From Candidatus Altimarinota bacterium (GTDB lineage Bacteria > Patescibacteriota > Gracilibacteria > JBDHUY01), in assembly GCA_039809385.1 (NCBI GenBank), contig JBDHUY010000001.1:64001-128000 (forward strand): DNA of 64,000 nt, written 5' to 3'. The notes beneath the pieces are model-generated. The model was not told the DNA's origin. It saw nothing but the letters and a program-made list of their open reading frames with translations, and did no database searches. This document shows positions 62,413 through 64,000 of the stretch, piece by piece. The position numbers and the translations under genes are program-made. Position 1 is the stretch's first letter, and each line of letters starts with the position of its first letter.

Positions 62413-62478
62413 ACATTAAAAACATACCGCAACAATAAGAAAAACCTCTCTTCACCACTTACGAAGAGAGGTTTTTTT
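62379..62478 (+). terminator. attenuator: antiterminator (62379-62392 with 62440-62453) versus terminator (62440-62453 with 62463-62476, plus U tract)
   Basis: GAAGAGGGGTTTTT / AAAAACCTCTCTTC / GAAGAGAGGTTTTTTT. Confidence 0.82.
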
Positions 62479-62509
62479 ATACTTTATTTCTGCCATAAAA
62501 ACATATATT

Positions 62510-63442
62510 ATGAAGGTTCTGGGAATAGGCGAAGTCGTCGCCGATAACGTTTACAGGGTCAACGACATGTCGCTCACCGATCAACAGCCCTGCTCACAGC
62601 AGGTACAACACTGCCTGGGCGGTCCGGTTCCGATCGCGCTTATACTTCTGGCCCGTCTGGGAGTGAACTGTACATTACTTGCCAGTATCGGGACAGACGA
62701 ACAGGGCGAAGACCTTAAAAAAGAACTCCGGCACGAACGCGTTCATCTCCTGACACAGCACCAACCCGCTACCAAATCGAATATTATTCTGGTGGATGAA
62801 AAGACGGGAAACCGCAAAAAGATGCGTGGGTCGGTGACCCATGCCCCTTTACGAAACCTGAAAACCGAGTTCCTTCGACAATTCGACGTCATCCTGATTG
62901 ATCGTCATGAGCCGCAAGCTTTGTACGAAGTTCTACAAAAAAAAGCTCCGCACACCCGGCTGGTCATCGACCCTTCAACCGAAATATCCGCCCTGACTCT
63001 GGACATGCTCAAACACGCCGAGTATCCGATTGTACCGATTGAAGGGGTTCTGAAAATAGACGGAGGCTCCACGCTCTTTGAAAAGATCAAGGCACTCTAT
63101 GCCATGAGCCGCAAAGAGATCATCGTTACCGCCGGCAGCCTGGGCACGATTCTCTACGACGGCAAAACTATCGAGATCATTCCCAGCATGGATATCCGTG
63201 CACAGGACACCAACGGGGCCGGCGATGTGTTCCGGGCCGGGGTTATTTACGGTGTTTTACGCAAATGGGATATCCGCAAAAGCATCAAAATGGGCAACGT
63301 GGTAGCCGCCCTGCAATGCTTAAAACCGGGCAACAGTACAGCCATTCCCACCAAACGGGAGATCATCCGCGCTGCAAAAAGCTTACGTCCCAAGCACATC
63401 GAGATTCGTCATCTGGAAGCATACTGTCAGGAGCTGGGATAG
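62510..63442 (+). CDS. PfkB/ribokinase-family carbohydrate kinase
   Basis: GGPVPIALILLARLG, VTAGSLG, DTNGAGDVFRAG. Confidence 0.92.
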   Translation: MKVLGIGEVVADNVYRVNDMSLTDQQPCSQQVQHCLGGPVPIALILLARLGVNCTLLASIGTDEQGEDLKKELRHERVHLLTQHQPATKSNIILVDEKTGNRKKMRGSVTHAPLRNLKTEFLRQFDVILIDRHEPQALYEVLQKKAPHTRLVIDPSTEISALTLDMLKHAEYPIVPIEGVLKIDGGSTLFEKIKALYAMSRKEIIVTAGSLGTILYDGKTIEIIPSMDIRAQDTNGAGDVFRAGVIYGVLRKWDIRKSIKMGNVVAALQCLKPGNSTAIPTKREIIRAAKSLRPKHIEIRHLEAYCQELG

Positions 63443-63444
63443 CA

Positions 63445-63607
63445 AGCTATCAGCAAACAGCGGTCAGCTGACAGCGGGAACAGACAGGGAGCAAGCTATC
63501 GGCGAGCAGCGGTCAGTAGAAACTGTGAAATTGATAGAAACTTATTGAAATTGGTTGCCCTTCCTGCAGTCACTCTGACTCTGAGCGGAGCGAAGAGGAA
63601 GAGTCTC
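63445..63607 (+). repeat. composite repeat stack homologous to 28192-28310 and 52530-52605
   Basis: agctatcagcaaacagcggtcagc...gaaattggttgcccttcctgcagtcactctgactctgagcggagcgaagaggaagagtctc. Confidence 0.75.
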
Positions 63608-63760
63608 ATACGTACTTCATGCATGTAGAACCAGGTAAACGGCACTATTTGAAATTTGGATTTGGACATTTGTCATTCTTTTGATATTTACATTCATGCA
63701 TACCTTTCCTCTATCTTTCTCATTATGGAGTGGCTGAAAAGTCTCCAAGACATTGTATCA

Positions 63761-63984
63761 GTCATTCCGGCCCCGAAGGGGAGCCTTGCTCTTGCCCGCC
63801 TGCCCCGCCTTCTGGCGTGGGGAATCCGGGTACTGGTACTACAGTATGAACAAGAGTGATGTTCACTGTTATTACCTGATAGAGAGGAATGAATCGTGAT
63901 ATTCTCTCCATGGAATTACACTTCAATGAGTGCCTTAAACAAAGCTCTGTGCGTGTACGGATGCTGGGCGGAGCCAGCATGACA
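63761..63984. repeat. REP-doublet-like element
   Basis: Left GTCATTCC...GGAATCC, right GGATGCTGG-gcggag-CCAGCATGACA. Confidence 0.6.
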
Positions 63985-64000
63985 AGAAAAAAACACCAAT

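Noticed and set aside
63656-63980. Short ORFs at the window end
   Set aside because: They overlap heptamer arrays and a REP doublet and show no protein-like signal

Overview
64 kb of a bacterial chromosome read with the standard code 11. Gene content and style suggest a CPR/Patescibacteria genome, probably Peregrinibacteria/Gracilibacteria-class (inference): SLH/fn3 surface proteins, a DUF4012-like protein, a TrmB plus Cys-rich repeat protein pair, pilins, many orphans and few Shine-Dalgarno motifs. Housekeeping genes include aspS, recJ, pheS, gatB, a ddl-like ligase, rpmH-rnpA-yidC-jag, mltG, ybaB, miaA, tsaD, tRNA-Arg(CCT) and dnaK with a CIRCE operator. Accessory content includes a MazEF-type TA pair, a decayed HigBA pair and a low-GC ClpP/SDH-like protease cassette. 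The best finding is an unannotated, complete-looking Phe/Tyr leader-peptide transcription attenuator at 62269-62478. Its leader reads MKNTSLLSANFFGYYFYFFFTKRGFCYADQG and it has mutually exclusive antiterminator and terminator stems. It sits directly upstream of a PfkB-family sugar kinase, which suggests a sugar kinase tied to aromatic amino-acid supply in a lineage usually regarded as auxotrophic. Also notable are stacked, transcription-polarised 7/9-mer arrays and REP-like palindromes at many gene junctions (one inserted in frame in a protein), a single +1 frameshift in the Cys-rich gene, and a PAP2 phosphatase fused to a polyprenol kinase. All calls come from reading the sequence; no database searches or folding programs were run.
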